This document shows positions 1-9,761 of a DNA stretch of 32,000 nt, in pieces (positions within the stretch are counted from its first letter, which is position 1; every line of letters begins with the position of its first letter). Position numbers and translations under genes: made by a program. This stretch comes from Promethearchaeum syntrophicum (lineage in GTDB: Archaea > Asgardarchaeota > Lokiarchaeia > Sigyniarchaeales > Promethearchaeaceae): the NCBI RefSeq assembly GCF_008000775.2, contig NZ_CP042905.2:1410001-1442000 (forward strand). The letters run 5' to 3'. The notes beneath the pieces are model-generated. The model was not told the origin of the DNA, did not search any database, and saw only the letters and a list, made by a program, of their open reading frames with translations.

Positions 1-477
1 GGAAATAGAAAAGTCATGAATGCTACTCAAGATACTTTTATAAGTAGTACTTATTGGACTGGAAGAGTAGGTCCTACTGCAGCAATTGCTACAATCAAGA
101 AGATGCAAAATCTTAATGTTCCTGCACATTTAGACAAAATTGGGAAATTAATTGGAGAAGGCTGGCAAAAAATTGCAAGAAAAAATGAAATAGATATTAC
201 AATTCATAAACCAAATTGTTTAATTAGCTTTACCTTTGAATATCCAAATACAAAAGAATTAATGACTCTTTTTATTCAAGAAATGTTGAAGCGGAATTAT
301 CTTGCAGGAACATGTGTTTATGTAAGTTATGCTCATACTGAACAAGTTGTTTCAGCATATCTCAAAGTAATTGATGAAGTATTTGGAATTCTTTCAACAG
401 CAATAAAAAATGGTAACATCTTAAAATTAATCGAAGGACCTTTAAAGCATGATGGATTCCAACGATTAGTCTCTTAA
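1..477 (+). CDS. C-terminal part of a class-III (PLP) aminotransferase, glutamate-1-semialdehyde 2,1-aminomutase-like; 5' truncated by the window edge
   Basis: The frame is open from base 1 (GNRKVMNATQDTFISSTYWTGRVGPTAAIATIKKM...). The 'TFISSTYWT.R.GPTAAIATI' stretch and C-terminal layout match HemL-like aminotransferases found in sugar clusters. The listed Met at 16 is probably internal. Confidence 0.8.
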   Translation, partial: GNRKVMNATQDTFISSTYWTGRVGPTAAIATIKKMQNLNVPAHLDKIGKLIGEGWQKIARKNEIDITIHKPNCLISFTFEYPNTKELMTLFIQEMLKRNYLAGTCVYVSYAHTEQVVSAYLKVIDEVFGILSTAIKNGNILKLIEGPLKHDGFQRLVS

Positions 478-479
478 TT

Positions 480-1433
480 TTAAACAACCCATTTTGAGGG
501 GTTTACAATTTTTTCTTCTACTTCAGTAAAAGCATTCAAAATCTCTATTTTTACTTTTTCTCCTAAGGGAGGGAGATTTAAATAATTCAAATTTTCTTTT
601 AACTGATCTAAATTGTCAACACCCATGATTATGCTTGAGATTTCTTTCATATCTCGAACAAAACAAAATGAAAGTTGAGCAATAGATAAATCGGCCCTTT
701 TAGCAATTTCTGCAAGTTTGTGTAAATGATGTGCTGCGATTTTTAGTGTATCGGGGAGTTCCTTTGGGTTCATAAATATAAGTCCTTGTAAGAAAACACT
801 TCGTGCAAAAATAATTTTGTTTTTGAAATGAAGTTCCTTTAATAATCCAGTTTTAATTAGACGGTGATCCAAGATATTTATTGGTATTTGTATCACATCT
901 AATTCTTCTTTCTCCAAAAATAGCTTCACTTCATCAGGATTATAAATTGATACACCAATATGATTAAGATAACCTTCTTCTCTAAGTCTAATTAATGCTT
1001 CTACAATTTTTCCATTTAATTTATGGATATCCTCTGCGTTATGTAATAGGAAATAAGGAATTTTATCAAGATGAAGTCTATTAAGGGATTCAATCACAGA
1101 GTTTTTAATTTTTTTAAAAATTTCATCTTCATTTCCCAAGATCTCAAAAGGAGATAATTTTGTTATGATTTCTGGGGTATTTTGAGATTTATCTGATGAA
1201 AAATTTCTTATAAAATTACCAATAATTACTTCAGAATTTCCATAAGCTGGAGCAGTATCAAACATATTAATTCCTTGATCATAAGCGAATTCTAAGATTT
1301 TTTGCGAATCTTTTTCTGTTGGTTTTCCCGTACGATTAGCGATTCCATATTTAATTCCCAATTGAACAGTTCCCAAAGTTATTTTTGATATTGAAGTTTT
1401 GGAAACATTATTCCTTCTTAAATCCATATCCAT
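480..1433 (-). CDS. Aldo/keto reductase family protein
   Basis: 317 aa; N-terminal 'KITLGTVQLGIKYGIANRTGKPT', 'FDTAPAYGNSEVIIG', C-terminal 'IIMGVDNLDQLKENL', all AKR hallmarks. Convergent with the upstream aminotransferase, with a 2-nt gap. Confidence 0.85.
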   Translation of the reverse strand: MDMDLRRNNVSKTSISKITLGTVQLGIKYGIANRTGKPTEKDSQKILEFAYDQGINMFDTAPAYGNSEVIIGNFIRNFSSDKSQNTPEIITKLSPFEILGNEDEIFKKIKNSVIESLNRLHLDKIPYFLLHNAEDIHKLNGKIVEALIRLREEGYLNHIGVSIYNPDEVKLFLEKEELDVIQIPINILDHRLIKTGLLKELHFKNKIIFARSVFLQGLIFMNPKELPDTLKIAAHHLHKLAEIAKRADLSIAQLSFCFVRDMKEISSIIMGVDNLDQLKENLNYLNLPPLGEKVKIEILNAFTEVEEKIVNPSKWVV

Positions 1434-1551
1434 ATTTGCAATACTTAAAAATTAAATGTTGGTATTTTTGAAAGGATTGAAATTTTCTTGTAAAAAATAT
1501 ATTTCAACAACAAATATAAACTTTAATTTGATTCAGATATAGTATTTTAAT

Positions 1552-2064
1552 ATGAATAAAAAAGATATCAGAATTAATGGAGAAAGAATTTATCTTGTTC
1601 CTTTAACAGTTGAATATGCCAGTGAAAAATATTGTTCTTGGCTTAATGATCCAGTTGTAAACAAATATCTGGATACAAAAAATGCAACGATTGAAAACTT
1701 GCAAAAATATATTAAATCGAAATATGAAGATCCAAATTGTTTATTCTTTGGAATATTTGATAAAAAAACTAATAAACATATAGGAAACGTTAAGTTAGAA
1801 CCCATAGATTTCAATTTAAAAACTGCTGTTTTAGGTACACTTATTGGAGAAAAAAATTATTGGGGGATGGGAATTGCCCCAGAAGTTTATAAATATTTAT
1901 TGAAATATGCTTTTGATGAATTAAAACTAGAAACTATTACTGCAGGTATGTATAAAGGCATTGTTGGTGCTCTTAAAGCGGTTAAAAAAGTAGGTTTTAA
2001 AATTCATAAGGAATTTGATGATGCTTATAAGGTTCTTTTAAAGAAAGAAGATTTTATTTTTTAA
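1552..2064 (+). CDS. GNAT-family N-acetyltransferase (RimJ/RimL type), possible PseH-like sugar N-acetyltransferase
   Basis: 170 aa: 'LVPLTVEYASEKYCSWLNDPVVNKYLDT', 'HIGNVKLEPID', 'LGTLIGEKNYWGMGIAPEVYKYLLKYAFDEL', 'VKKVGFKI'. Adjacent to pseB/pseC-like genes. Confidence 0.8.
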   Translation: MNKKDIRINGERIYLVPLTVEYASEKYCSWLNDPVVNKYLDTKNATIENLQKYIKSKYEDPNCLFFGIFDKKTNKHIGNVKLEPIDFNLKTAVLGTLIGEKNYWGMGIAPEVYKYLLKYAFDELKLETITAGMYKGIVGALKAVKKVGFKIHKEFDDAYKVLLKKEDFIF

Positions 2065-2120
2065 ATTTTGAAATAAGTCTATAGAATCTTGAATTTGTGA
2101 TAAATTAAAAAAGAAAGTGG

Positions 2121-3263
2121 TTATTGTATTTCAAAAATTTGATAAATAGTCGTAATAACAACTTTTACATCATTATCACTCATACCAGGATAAATAGGAA
2201 TACTAATTTCTCTCTTATAAAATTCTTCACTTATGGGGTATGATCCTTTTTTATATCCTAATTTTTGATAATAGGGAAATAAATGTATAGGAATATAATG
2301 AACTTGAACCCATAATCCATTTTTCCTCATTTCTTCAAATATTATTCGTTTCTTGGAGATATATTGATCTTTAAGCAGGATTGGAAAGAGATGATACGAA
2401 GATTTCACATTAGGTGTATCATAAATCATCTCAAAATAAGGATTATTTTTAAATTTATTATAATACTCTTGAGCAATTTCCCTTCTACGTTTCACAAATT
2501 GATCAAGTTTTTTCAACTGTGAAAGACCTAATGCTGAATGTATATCAGATAATCTATAATTATATCCTAGCATTTGCATTTCATAATACCATGAACCTTC
2601 ATTATGTGATAAATCTTGTTGCTTTTTAGTAATCCCATGGGTTCTAAGTACTCTTATTTTGTTAGCGAATTCTTGTGAATTAGTAACAATCATTCCACCT
2701 TCACCTGTGGCAATATGTTTCACCGGATGGAAACTGAAAATTGCCATATCAGAATAAGAGCAATCACCAATGGAATGATTATTATACCTTGCACCTAAAG
2801 CATGGGAAGCGTCTTCAATAATAATGAGGTTATGTTTTTTTGCTATACAAGAAATTTTTTCCATTTCACATGGAAGACCTGAATAATGAACAGGAATAAG
2901 AATTTTTGTTTTTGATGTAATTTTTTCCTCAATTTTTGATTCGTCTATCAAACCATTTGGTTTTATATCAATAAATACAGGTTTTGCACCACAATATAGA
3001 GCACAATTTGCTGAGGCTGCAAAAGTTAATGGAGAAGTGATTAATTCATCATCCTTACCCAAATCTGCTGCTAAGCAAGCAATGTGAAGTGCTGCAGTTC
3101 CATTAGCCATAGCTATTGCATATTTTACTCCGACTCTTTTAGCAAAACTTTCTTCAAATTCTCGTACTTTTGGTCCTGTAGTTAAATAATCACTTTTTAA
3201 AACATCAATCACAGCTTGAATGTCATCATCATTAATTGTTTGTCTACTATATGGAATATTCAT
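2121..3263 (-). CDS. pseC: DegT/DnrJ/EryC1/StrS aminotransferase, PseC-like (UDP-4-amino-4,6-dideoxy-N-acetyl-beta-L-altrosamine transaminase)
   Basis: 380 aa: 'IPYSRQTINDDDIQAVIDVLKSDYLTTGPKV..FEE', 'SPLTFAASANCALYCGAKPVFIDI', 'EDASHALGARY', 'FSFHPVKHIATGEGGMIVTN'. Start overlaps the stop of the upstream PseB-like gene (TAATG). Confidence 0.85.
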   Translation of the reverse strand: MNIPYSRQTINDDDIQAVIDVLKSDYLTTGPKVREFEESFAKRVGVKYAIAMANGTAALHIACLAADLGKDDELITSPLTFAASANCALYCGAKPVFIDIKPNGLIDESKIEEKITSKTKILIPVHYSGLPCEMEKISCIAKKHNLIIIEDASHALGARYNNHSIGDCSYSDMAIFSFHPVKHIATGEGGMIVTNSQEFANKIRVLRTHGITKKQQDLSHNEGSWYYEMQMLGYNYRLSDIHSALGLSQLKKLDQFVKRRREIAQEYYNKFKNNPYFEMIYDTPNVKSSYHLFPILLKDQYISKKRIIFEEMRKNGLWVQVHYIPIHLFPYYQKLGYKKGSYPISEEFYKREISIPIYPGMSDNDVKVVITTIYQIFEIQ

Positions 3264-4285
3264 TATAATAACTCCAAAGATACAAATAACTCTTTAACTT
3301 TTTCTTGAGAAATTACGGCTTCTTTTGAGCGATAAAAATTCATTTTATTAATATCTATTTTCTTTCCCTCAGTTATATAAATTGGATATTTTTCAAGTTT
3401 TGTATATTCTTCAATTTGTGACGTAATCACAAAAAAATTTTGATATTCATAAGTTCGTGTAACTTCGTTTTCATTCATCATTAATTCATGAATTTTTTCA
3501 CCAGGACGGAGACCAATAATTTCTATTTCACTAGATGCATTATGTTTTTCTTTTAAAATATTAACTAATTCAATAATTTTAAATGCAAGCAATTTTGGAA
3601 CAAAAATTTCTCCTCCAATTGAGAATTTTAATGCATTAAAAATCAGATTTACAGATTGATTAGGGCTAATGATAAATCTTGTCATTCGAGAATCCGTTAG
3701 CGGTATTTTTTCTCCATTAATGATTTTATCTTCAAAAAAGGGGATAACTGAACCTGTACTTTCTAAAACATTTCCATAGCGAACAGTAGTAAAAATTGTT
3801 TTGTTTTTTCCTTTATTATAGTTTCTTTCGGTAAAAAGTTTTTCTGAGACAAATTTACATGCTCCATAAGTATTTATCGGATTACATGCTTTATCTGTTG
3901 AAACCATAACTGCTATTTCAACATTACATTCTAAGCAAGCATTTACTACATTTAATGAACCAAAAATATTTGTTTTAATACATTCTTCAACATTATATTC
4001 CAAAATATCTAAACGCTTCAATGCTGCAGCATGAATAACAATATCCACACCTTGCATTGCTCTTAATAGGCGACTATAATCTCTGACATCTCCAATTAAA
4101 TTTCTTATTTTATTATTATGATTAAAAAGTTCTTGAATTTTATGATGCTTAACTTCATCTCTACTAAATAATCGGATACTTTGAGGATTGAATTCTAATA
4201 TTTTCTTTGTTAATTTCCTACCTAAGAAACCTGTTCCTCCGGTAATTAAAACGACCTTATTATTAAAAATTTTGTTATAACTCAT
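3263..4285 (-). CDS. pseB: UDP-N-acetylglucosamine 4,6-dehydratase (inverting), PseB-like
   Basis: 340 aa extended SDR: '[20 protein letters not shown]', '[34 protein letters not shown]', '[25 protein letters not shown]', '[17 protein letters not shown]'. Confidence 0.88.
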   Translation of the reverse strand: [340 protein letters not shown]

Positions 4286-4672
4286 ATTTTAATGAAACAT
4301 TCTTTAAAAATTAAATTTTCGTATATTGGAATGGATTAAAATTGAATAAGGTTAATACCAAATAGTAGAAATAATAAATAAAGAACTAAATGATAATAAT
4401 ATTTAAAAGTTTTTAAAATGGATTTAGTGATGATTATAATCGTTACAATAAAACCATGTATTGATAAGAAAATTAGAAATTGGATAAGAATGTGAATTAT
4501 TATTTTATTCATTAAAACTCTAATCATCTATGAATTTTATTTGGATGTAAAGTGTGCTCAAAAAGTGGAAATTCGCGAAATAAAAGGATAAAAAAAAAAG
4601 TCACGAAAACTGGTTAATGTTGGTACTTTTGTCTGAAATAAAATTATCCAAATTTCAAGCTTAGTTATCATA

Positions 4673-6154
4673 TTATGTATTATTATTGAATTTTATATGA
4701 TCCATCATTTTTTTGGGATTTAAAATATCCAAAAAGAATCTCAAATCCTTTTTAGTTAATATTTTGGCTATTAAAAGAAAAATAAAATAAATCGTCAATA
4801 CCGCAACTAATATTACAATTGTTAAAAAAAAAGACAAATTTAATGTTGAGCAATAAAATGCAATAATAAAAAGAAAAACAAGAAGAATTAAATGGAAAAT
4901 TTGTTTTTTCCCAATTTTTCCAACACCAAAATGTTTTTGACAATAAACTCTTAAAATTATAGTCACGGGAAAGAAAGCTAACCATAAACCTAGATTAATA
5001 CCAACTATATCAAAAATTGGGATGAAAAAAATCCAGGATATTAATGAAAATAAGAAACTTAAAACTGCAAGCAAATTATATAATTTAAACTTCTCAGTGA
5101 CAATTAATAAAGGATAATATGGGACAATTAAAGGAAAACTAAGTAAACTTAGTAAACAACCAAAGAAAAATAAACCTCCTTTTTCAAAATATATATTACC
5201 TAATAATTTTGAAATAAATATCTCAGCAAAAAAAATCCCACCTAATATTAAAAATCCATTCAGAATTGTCATATATTTTTCAAATAAATTAATAGATTCT
5301 CGTATTCTAGTAAGATCATTTTTTTCTAGGAGATTAGTAAAATTTGGGATCAATAAACTCCTAAAAGCTTGTTCTAAACTCTGAATAACTAGAAAAATCA
5401 TGGAAATTACACTATATATTCCTAACAATTCTTCCGAATAACTTTTTAAAAAGAAAAAAATTCCTAAATTTGTAATTAATGTATTGATAATTAAAGGAAT
5501 CATAAAAATAAGATTTAACTTGATATATTGTTTGAATATATTAAATTTAAATTGAGTAAAATGAAAGGATCTTTTAGAAAACAAAAAGAAAATTAACCTT
5601 ATCAGTTCTATTAATACATAACAAATTAGAAATAAAATGAAATTCTTTAAAAATAATATTGAAATTAAAGATGAAAGAAAAAATATAAAATGACCTATAA
5701 TAAAAGGTATCTCAGTTCTTACAACATTCATTTGAGACCTATAACTTAACTCAAAAACTAAATTAAATGATCTGAGGAGAAACTGAATAAAAACAATAAT
5801 AAAAATATATTTCAATTCAAGTATATTTGAGATTAAACCGGAATTTAATTGAAAAGCAAAAGTAATAAATATTATTATTGCAGAAATAGTTATCAGGCAA
5901 ATTTCAATAACTAAAAATGTTGAAAATGCTTCATTTTTATTAAATCTTGTTTGATCGGTCATTATTTTTAGATGAGGAGTTTCCAAGCCTAATATAGAAA
6001 ATAAGGAAAAAAATCCCATGAACGATAACGCTATCTGTTGATATCCAAATAGTATTGGAGTAAATTTGCTTACAGCTATAAGATATATTATTCCCTCAAA
6101 TAGCCGACTAATTGTACGAGATATAAAAATGAAAAGACTTTTCCTCCCAATCAT
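4673..6154 (-). CDS. Polysaccharide flippase/exporter of the MOP superfamily (Wzx/RfbX-like)
   Basis: 493 aa, about 12-14 hydrophobic segments, N-terminal 'FISRTISRLFEGIIYLIAVSKFTPILFGYQQIALSFMGFFSLFSILGLE' typical of MOP exporters. Confidence 0.75.
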   Translation of the reverse strand: MIGRKSLFIFISRTISRLFEGIIYLIAVSKFTPILFGYQQIALSFMGFFSLFSILGLETPHLKIMTDQTRFNKNEAFSTFLVIEICLITISAIIIFITFAFQLNSGLISNILELKYIFIIVFIQFLLRSFNLVFELSYRSQMNVVRTEIPFIIGHFIFFLSSLISILFLKNFILFLICYVLIELIRLIFFLFSKRSFHFTQFKFNIFKQYIKLNLIFMIPLIINTLITNLGIFFFLKSYSEELLGIYSVISMIFLVIQSLEQAFRSLLIPNFTNLLEKNDLTRIRESINLFEKYMTILNGFLILGGIFFAEIFISKLLGNIYFEKGGLFFFGCLLSLLSFPLIVPYYPLLIVTEKFKLYNLLAVLSFLFSLISWIFFIPIFDIVGINLGLWLAFFPVTIILRVYCQKHFGVGKIGKKQIFHLILLVFLFIIAFYCSTLNLSFFLTIVILVAVLTIYFIFLLIAKILTKKDLRFFLDILNPKKMMDHIKFNNNT

Positions 6155-6280
6155 AATTATTGTAAAATATTAAGTCTTTTTAACTCTTATGAGGCTTAAG
6201 GTATTTTTTCTAAATTCTTATTCGTTTTTCTATAAAAACCTGAAATTCTCTTTAAATGTATAGGTGGATTATTTTAAATT

Positions 6281-7051
6281 TCAATATTTTTTGAATAATG
6301 CAGTAGAAATATATTGATTTATAATTCTCAACAATCGAAACATTGAATAAAAAGTACTTTTCTTAGTATTATTTATAATAAAAGCTTTTTTACACTCTTT
6401 GATACCTGCTAGAATATTTTTTAAAGTTCCCGTACTCGTACCACCAGTCATCATTTTTACATAGGGTGTATTTTTATCTCTAAGTTTAAAGTCATTCAAT
6501 TCGAATGCCCTAAGGAAAAATTCAAAATCTGCAGAAATTTTGAGATCTACCTTATATCCCCCAATTTTATCATATACAGATTTTTTAATAAAAGTTGAAG
6601 GATGTGGAGGAAACCACCCCCAGTAAAATTTACCCTTTTTAAAATTGCCAGATTTAATATTTCTTATCACTTTTTTTTTTGAATTTATTAGTAAAGTATT
6701 TCCATAAAGAATATCAATATCTTGACAATTAAATTCATTTACTACATCTTGCAAGACATATTCATCGAAATATACATCATCTGAATTTAAAATGTTGATA
6801 ATTTTTCCTTTTGCCATCGCAATTCCTTTATTCATAGCATCATAAATACCTTTATCTTGTTCGGATATTATTTTAAAATTATCGTATTTTTTGAAACTAT
6901 TCTGGGCAATCTCCACTGTTTTATCAGAAGATTTACCATCTACTATAATATATTCATAATCCTTGAACTTCTGAGATTTTATTGATTTAATTGTTTCAGA
7001 TATGGTTTTTTCTGAATTATAACATACCGTAATTATGCTTAATCCTGTCAT
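6281..7051 (-). CDS. Glycosyltransferase family 2 (WcaA-like)
   Basis: 256 aa: 'LSIITVCYNSEKTISETIKSIKSQKFKDYEYIIVDGKSSDKTVEIAQ', 'SEQDKGIYDAMNKGIAMAKGKIINILNSDDVY', 'ISADFEFFLRAF'. Confidence 0.9.
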   Translation of the reverse strand: MTGLSIITVCYNSEKTISETIKSIKSQKFKDYEYIIVDGKSSDKTVEIAQNSFKKYDNFKIISEQDKGIYDAMNKGIAMAKGKIINILNSDDVYFDEYVLQDVVNEFNCQDIDILYGNTLLINSKKKVIRNIKSGNFKKGKFYWGWFPPHPSTFIKKSVYDKIGGYKVDLKISADFEFFLRAFELNDFKLRDKNTPYVKMMTGGTSTGTLKNILAGIKECKKAFIINNTKKSTFYSMFRLLRIINQYISTALFKKY

Positions 7052-7192
7052 AAATTTATCATTCGATTTTTGCAGTTATTATAATAAAAATTAGTTTTCT
7101 TAATATATTAGTTAACATTTCTTTATAAAAAAGTTCTATCACGAAATATTTAAAGGGTCTTCAATTATTTAAAATAAGCAAATTATTGCAAT

Positions 7193-8821
7193 TTGAGTAT
7201 TATGACCTCACAAGAAATAGTTGTTCCTAAGGATAAAATTAAGAATTTTATGGATCAACCTTGTGAGGACAAAAAAATGAATTCTAAAGTTCATATAATA
7301 ATTCCAGTTTTTAATGAAGCAAAATCCATTGTTGAAATTATTAATCGCATTCATGTTGTCATGAAAAGTAGATACAATTATAAAATAACTGTTATAGATG
7401 ATGGTAGTTCAGATAATACTTTAAAATTGTTGGAAGAAATGGAAAGCAAGATTAATTTTCTGAGAAATGACAAGAATTTGGGAAAAGGGGAAACTTTAAA
7501 ACACGGATTTACCCATGCAAACAAGAATGAGATTATTGTGATTTTAGATGGAGATGGAGAACATCGTCCCGAAGATATCCCAAAATTAATTAAACCACTG
7601 TTAGATGGAGAAGCAGATCACGTTATTGGATCAAGATTTTTAAGTAAACAACCAAAACAAGGTAGAAATCCAGATTATTTGAGGAATAAAAAGAAATTCA
7701 ATAAATTACGCTATATTGGTAATTCAATAATCACATGGATGATATATTTATTGTACCAAGAGAAAATAACCGATACTCAAAGTGGTTTTCGCACTTTTGG
7801 ACCCGGAGTAATTTCCAAATTAACCTTAAAATTTTCTGGATTTGAGACTGAAACAGAAATGACACTCAATTTAGTTAATCTAGGGCTGAGAATTGTAGAA
7901 ATCCCAATAAAAAGTGGTTTAAGCACTAGAGAATCTCATATGAATATTATAAGAGATAGTCTACGAATTTTTTTTGTAATTTCAATTATGAAATTTCAAA
8001 AAGAAGGTGTTCTAAAAAATGGAACTAAAGAAAATTCCATTTTTCAGAGACAATTGCTTGAAAATAAAATCTTGGAAAAAATCAATCAAATTGAAACTCA
8101 AAAACTCAAATTATCTTCCTACAAATTATCTATCGTAATTCCTTGTCTTAATGAATCTTCAACAATAATTGGTGTCATTCGGGAAATTTATGCGTTAAAT
8201 TTAAATAATTATGAAATAATCGTTGTTGATGATGGTTCCACTGATAATTCAGTTGATTTACTAAGAAATCTGAAAAATGTGAAGTTATTTATACATAGTA
8301 AAAACATTGGTTATGGAAGAACGTTAATTGACGGGATTCAAAAAGCTTCTGGTGATTTAATCATCACAATTGACTCCGATGGTCAACATGAGCCTAAAGA
8401 TATTCCTATACTTTGTCAACTAATAATTGAGAATAATGCTGATATTGTTGTTGGTTCTAGATATAAAGGTCGGTATAATTATCAAATTCCATTTTTTAAT
8501 CGAGCAGGTGAAGCTTTTATTGAAGTTATAGTGTTCTTAATCTTCGGAAAGATTATTAAAAATAATCAAGGGGGTTTTAGAGTATTTCATAAACGCACTC
8601 TTGATATTTTTAAAAATTTAAAATTTCATGGGATGGCTTTTACAACAGAAATTTTAATGAGTGCATTTTTAAAAAACTATCGAGTTGTTGAAGGACCTAT
8701 TAATCTATATAATCGCCCAATTGGAAAATCTCGAGTAAAAAAGATTAAATTATTACTCAATTTAATTATATGTTTCTTAACTTATTCATTTCAAAGAATA
8801 CTCCGTTTTATTAAAAAATAA
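7193..8821 (+). CDS. Tandem two-domain glycosyltransferase family 2 protein (two DPM1/dolichyl-phosphate-sugar synthase-like domains in one polypeptide)
   Basis: 542 aa. Domain 1 'VHIIIPVFNEAKSIVEII...VIDDGSSDNT...ILDGDGEHRPEDIPKLI...GSRF...SGFRTF'; domain 2 'LSIVIPCLNESSTIIGVI...VVDDGSTDNS...TIDSDGQHEPKDIP...GSRY...GGFRVF'. The listed start is TTG; the in-frame ATG at 7202 is a more likely start. Confidence 0.9.
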   Translation: MSIMTSQEIVVPKDKIKNFMDQPCEDKKMNSKVHIIIPVFNEAKSIVEIINRIHVVMKSRYNYKITVIDDGSSDNTLKLLEEMESKINFLRNDKNLGKGETLKHGFTHANKNEIIVILDGDGEHRPEDIPKLIKPLLDGEADHVIGSRFLSKQPKQGRNPDYLRNKKKFNKLRYIGNSIITWMIYLLYQEKITDTQSGFRTFGPGVISKLTLKFSGFETETEMTLNLVNLGLRIVEIPIKSGLSTRESHMNIIRDSLRIFFVISIMKFQKEGVLKNGTKENSIFQRQLLENKILEKINQIETQKLKLSSYKLSIVIPCLNESSTIIGVIREIYALNLNNYEIIVVDDGSTDNSVDLLRNLKNVKLFIHSKNIGYGRTLIDGIQKASGDLIITIDSDGQHEPKDIPILCQLIIENNADIVVGSRYKGRYNYQIPFFNRAGEAFIEVIVFLIFGKIIKNNQGGFRVFHKRTLDIFKNLKFHGMAFTTEILMSAFLKNYRVVEGPINLYNRPIGKSRVKKIKLLLNLIICFLTYSFQRILRFIKK

Positions 8822-9151
8822 AGTTATTTATTAAGTTTTATAAGATTCCACACCACACTTATTTACCTTTTATTTTATGATTTGAATTTTATCGTTAAAA
8901 ATCAATAATTTTACATGATAACTAATTATTTTTTAACAAGAAATCGTTCAATTTTGTTTGTGCGAGAAGTTATTGCAAATTTCAAAATAAATTTATATAC
9001 AAAATAAAATTAACAAAAGAAATTTATTTTTTAATAAATGAATAGGATAGCATTTTTCTGAAGATTTTTTTAGATTTAAAAATTTTTATCAATTTGGATT
9101 AAGTAAATCCCAATATTAATATTATTAGAAAATAAATTCATAGTTATAAAA

Positions 9152-9736
9152 TTGAATATAAAAAAAATTAAAAAGTTTTCATATGTTTTTGGTATTATCT
9201 TAATAAATATCATTTCCATCTCTTTACTTATAGTTTATATAGAAAAACCAGTAGAAGTATGGAAAATCGAACATCAAGATCCTTCAACCAATTATCAAAA
9301 AGGTTCTTTCTTAAATTATTCAGGTGTTATTCGTCTAGAAATTTCAAATGACACTACCTTAGGGGAATATATTTCAATTTCAAAAAAAGTCAATAGATGG
9401 AACAAATTTTTAGAATTTTTACTATATGTAAATTTTTCGAATAGCATAATGAATCCCATAATTAATTTCCACAACTGTTATATTTATTTAAATGAAGGAA
9501 AACCACATTTTCGATCAATAAATGACACTTTTCATCAAATTTATAATAAGGATATAAGTGGTTATTGGGTTAATTGTAAATTTACATGGAATTTTACTCA
9601 TTTTAACACGTTTTTTGATGATTATTATTCAGGTACTTTTCAATTAGCAACACCCGGGGTTCTTAGTTTAACTATTTCATTGATATCTACTGCTGCATTA
9701 AATAATCCTTATATGCTTATTAAAGAAATTCTATAA
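9152..9736 (+). CDS. Hypothetical membrane-anchored/secreted protein with one N-terminal transmembrane segment
   Basis: 194 aa; hydrophobic 'FSYVFGIILINIISISLLIVYI' then a polar domain with NxS/T sequons. TTG start. Ends 25 bp before the next ORF, so probably co-transcribed. Confidence 0.55.
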   Translation: MNIKKIKKFSYVFGIILINIISISLLIVYIEKPVEVWKIEHQDPSTNYQKGSFLNYSGVIRLEISNDTTLGEYISISKKVNRWNKFLEFLLYVNFSNSIMNPIINFHNCYIYLNEGKPHFRSINDTFHQIYNKDISGYWVNCKFTWNFTHFNTFFDDYYSGTFQLATPGVLSLTISLISTAALNNPYMLIKEIL

Positions 9737-9761
9737 AAATATAATAATGTGAAGAGAAAAC

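Noticed and set aside
1590-1814. 74-aa minus-strand ORF
   Set aside because: Antisense to the GNAT gene, composition-driven.
4336-4527. 63-aa hydrophobic minus-strand ORF
   Set aside because: Ile/Leu-rich translation is expected from AT-rich intergenic DNA; no homology or ribosome-binding support.
4752-4985. 77-aa minus-strand ORF
   Set aside because: Out-of-frame overlap with the flippase gene; Phe/Ser/Asn-rich noise.
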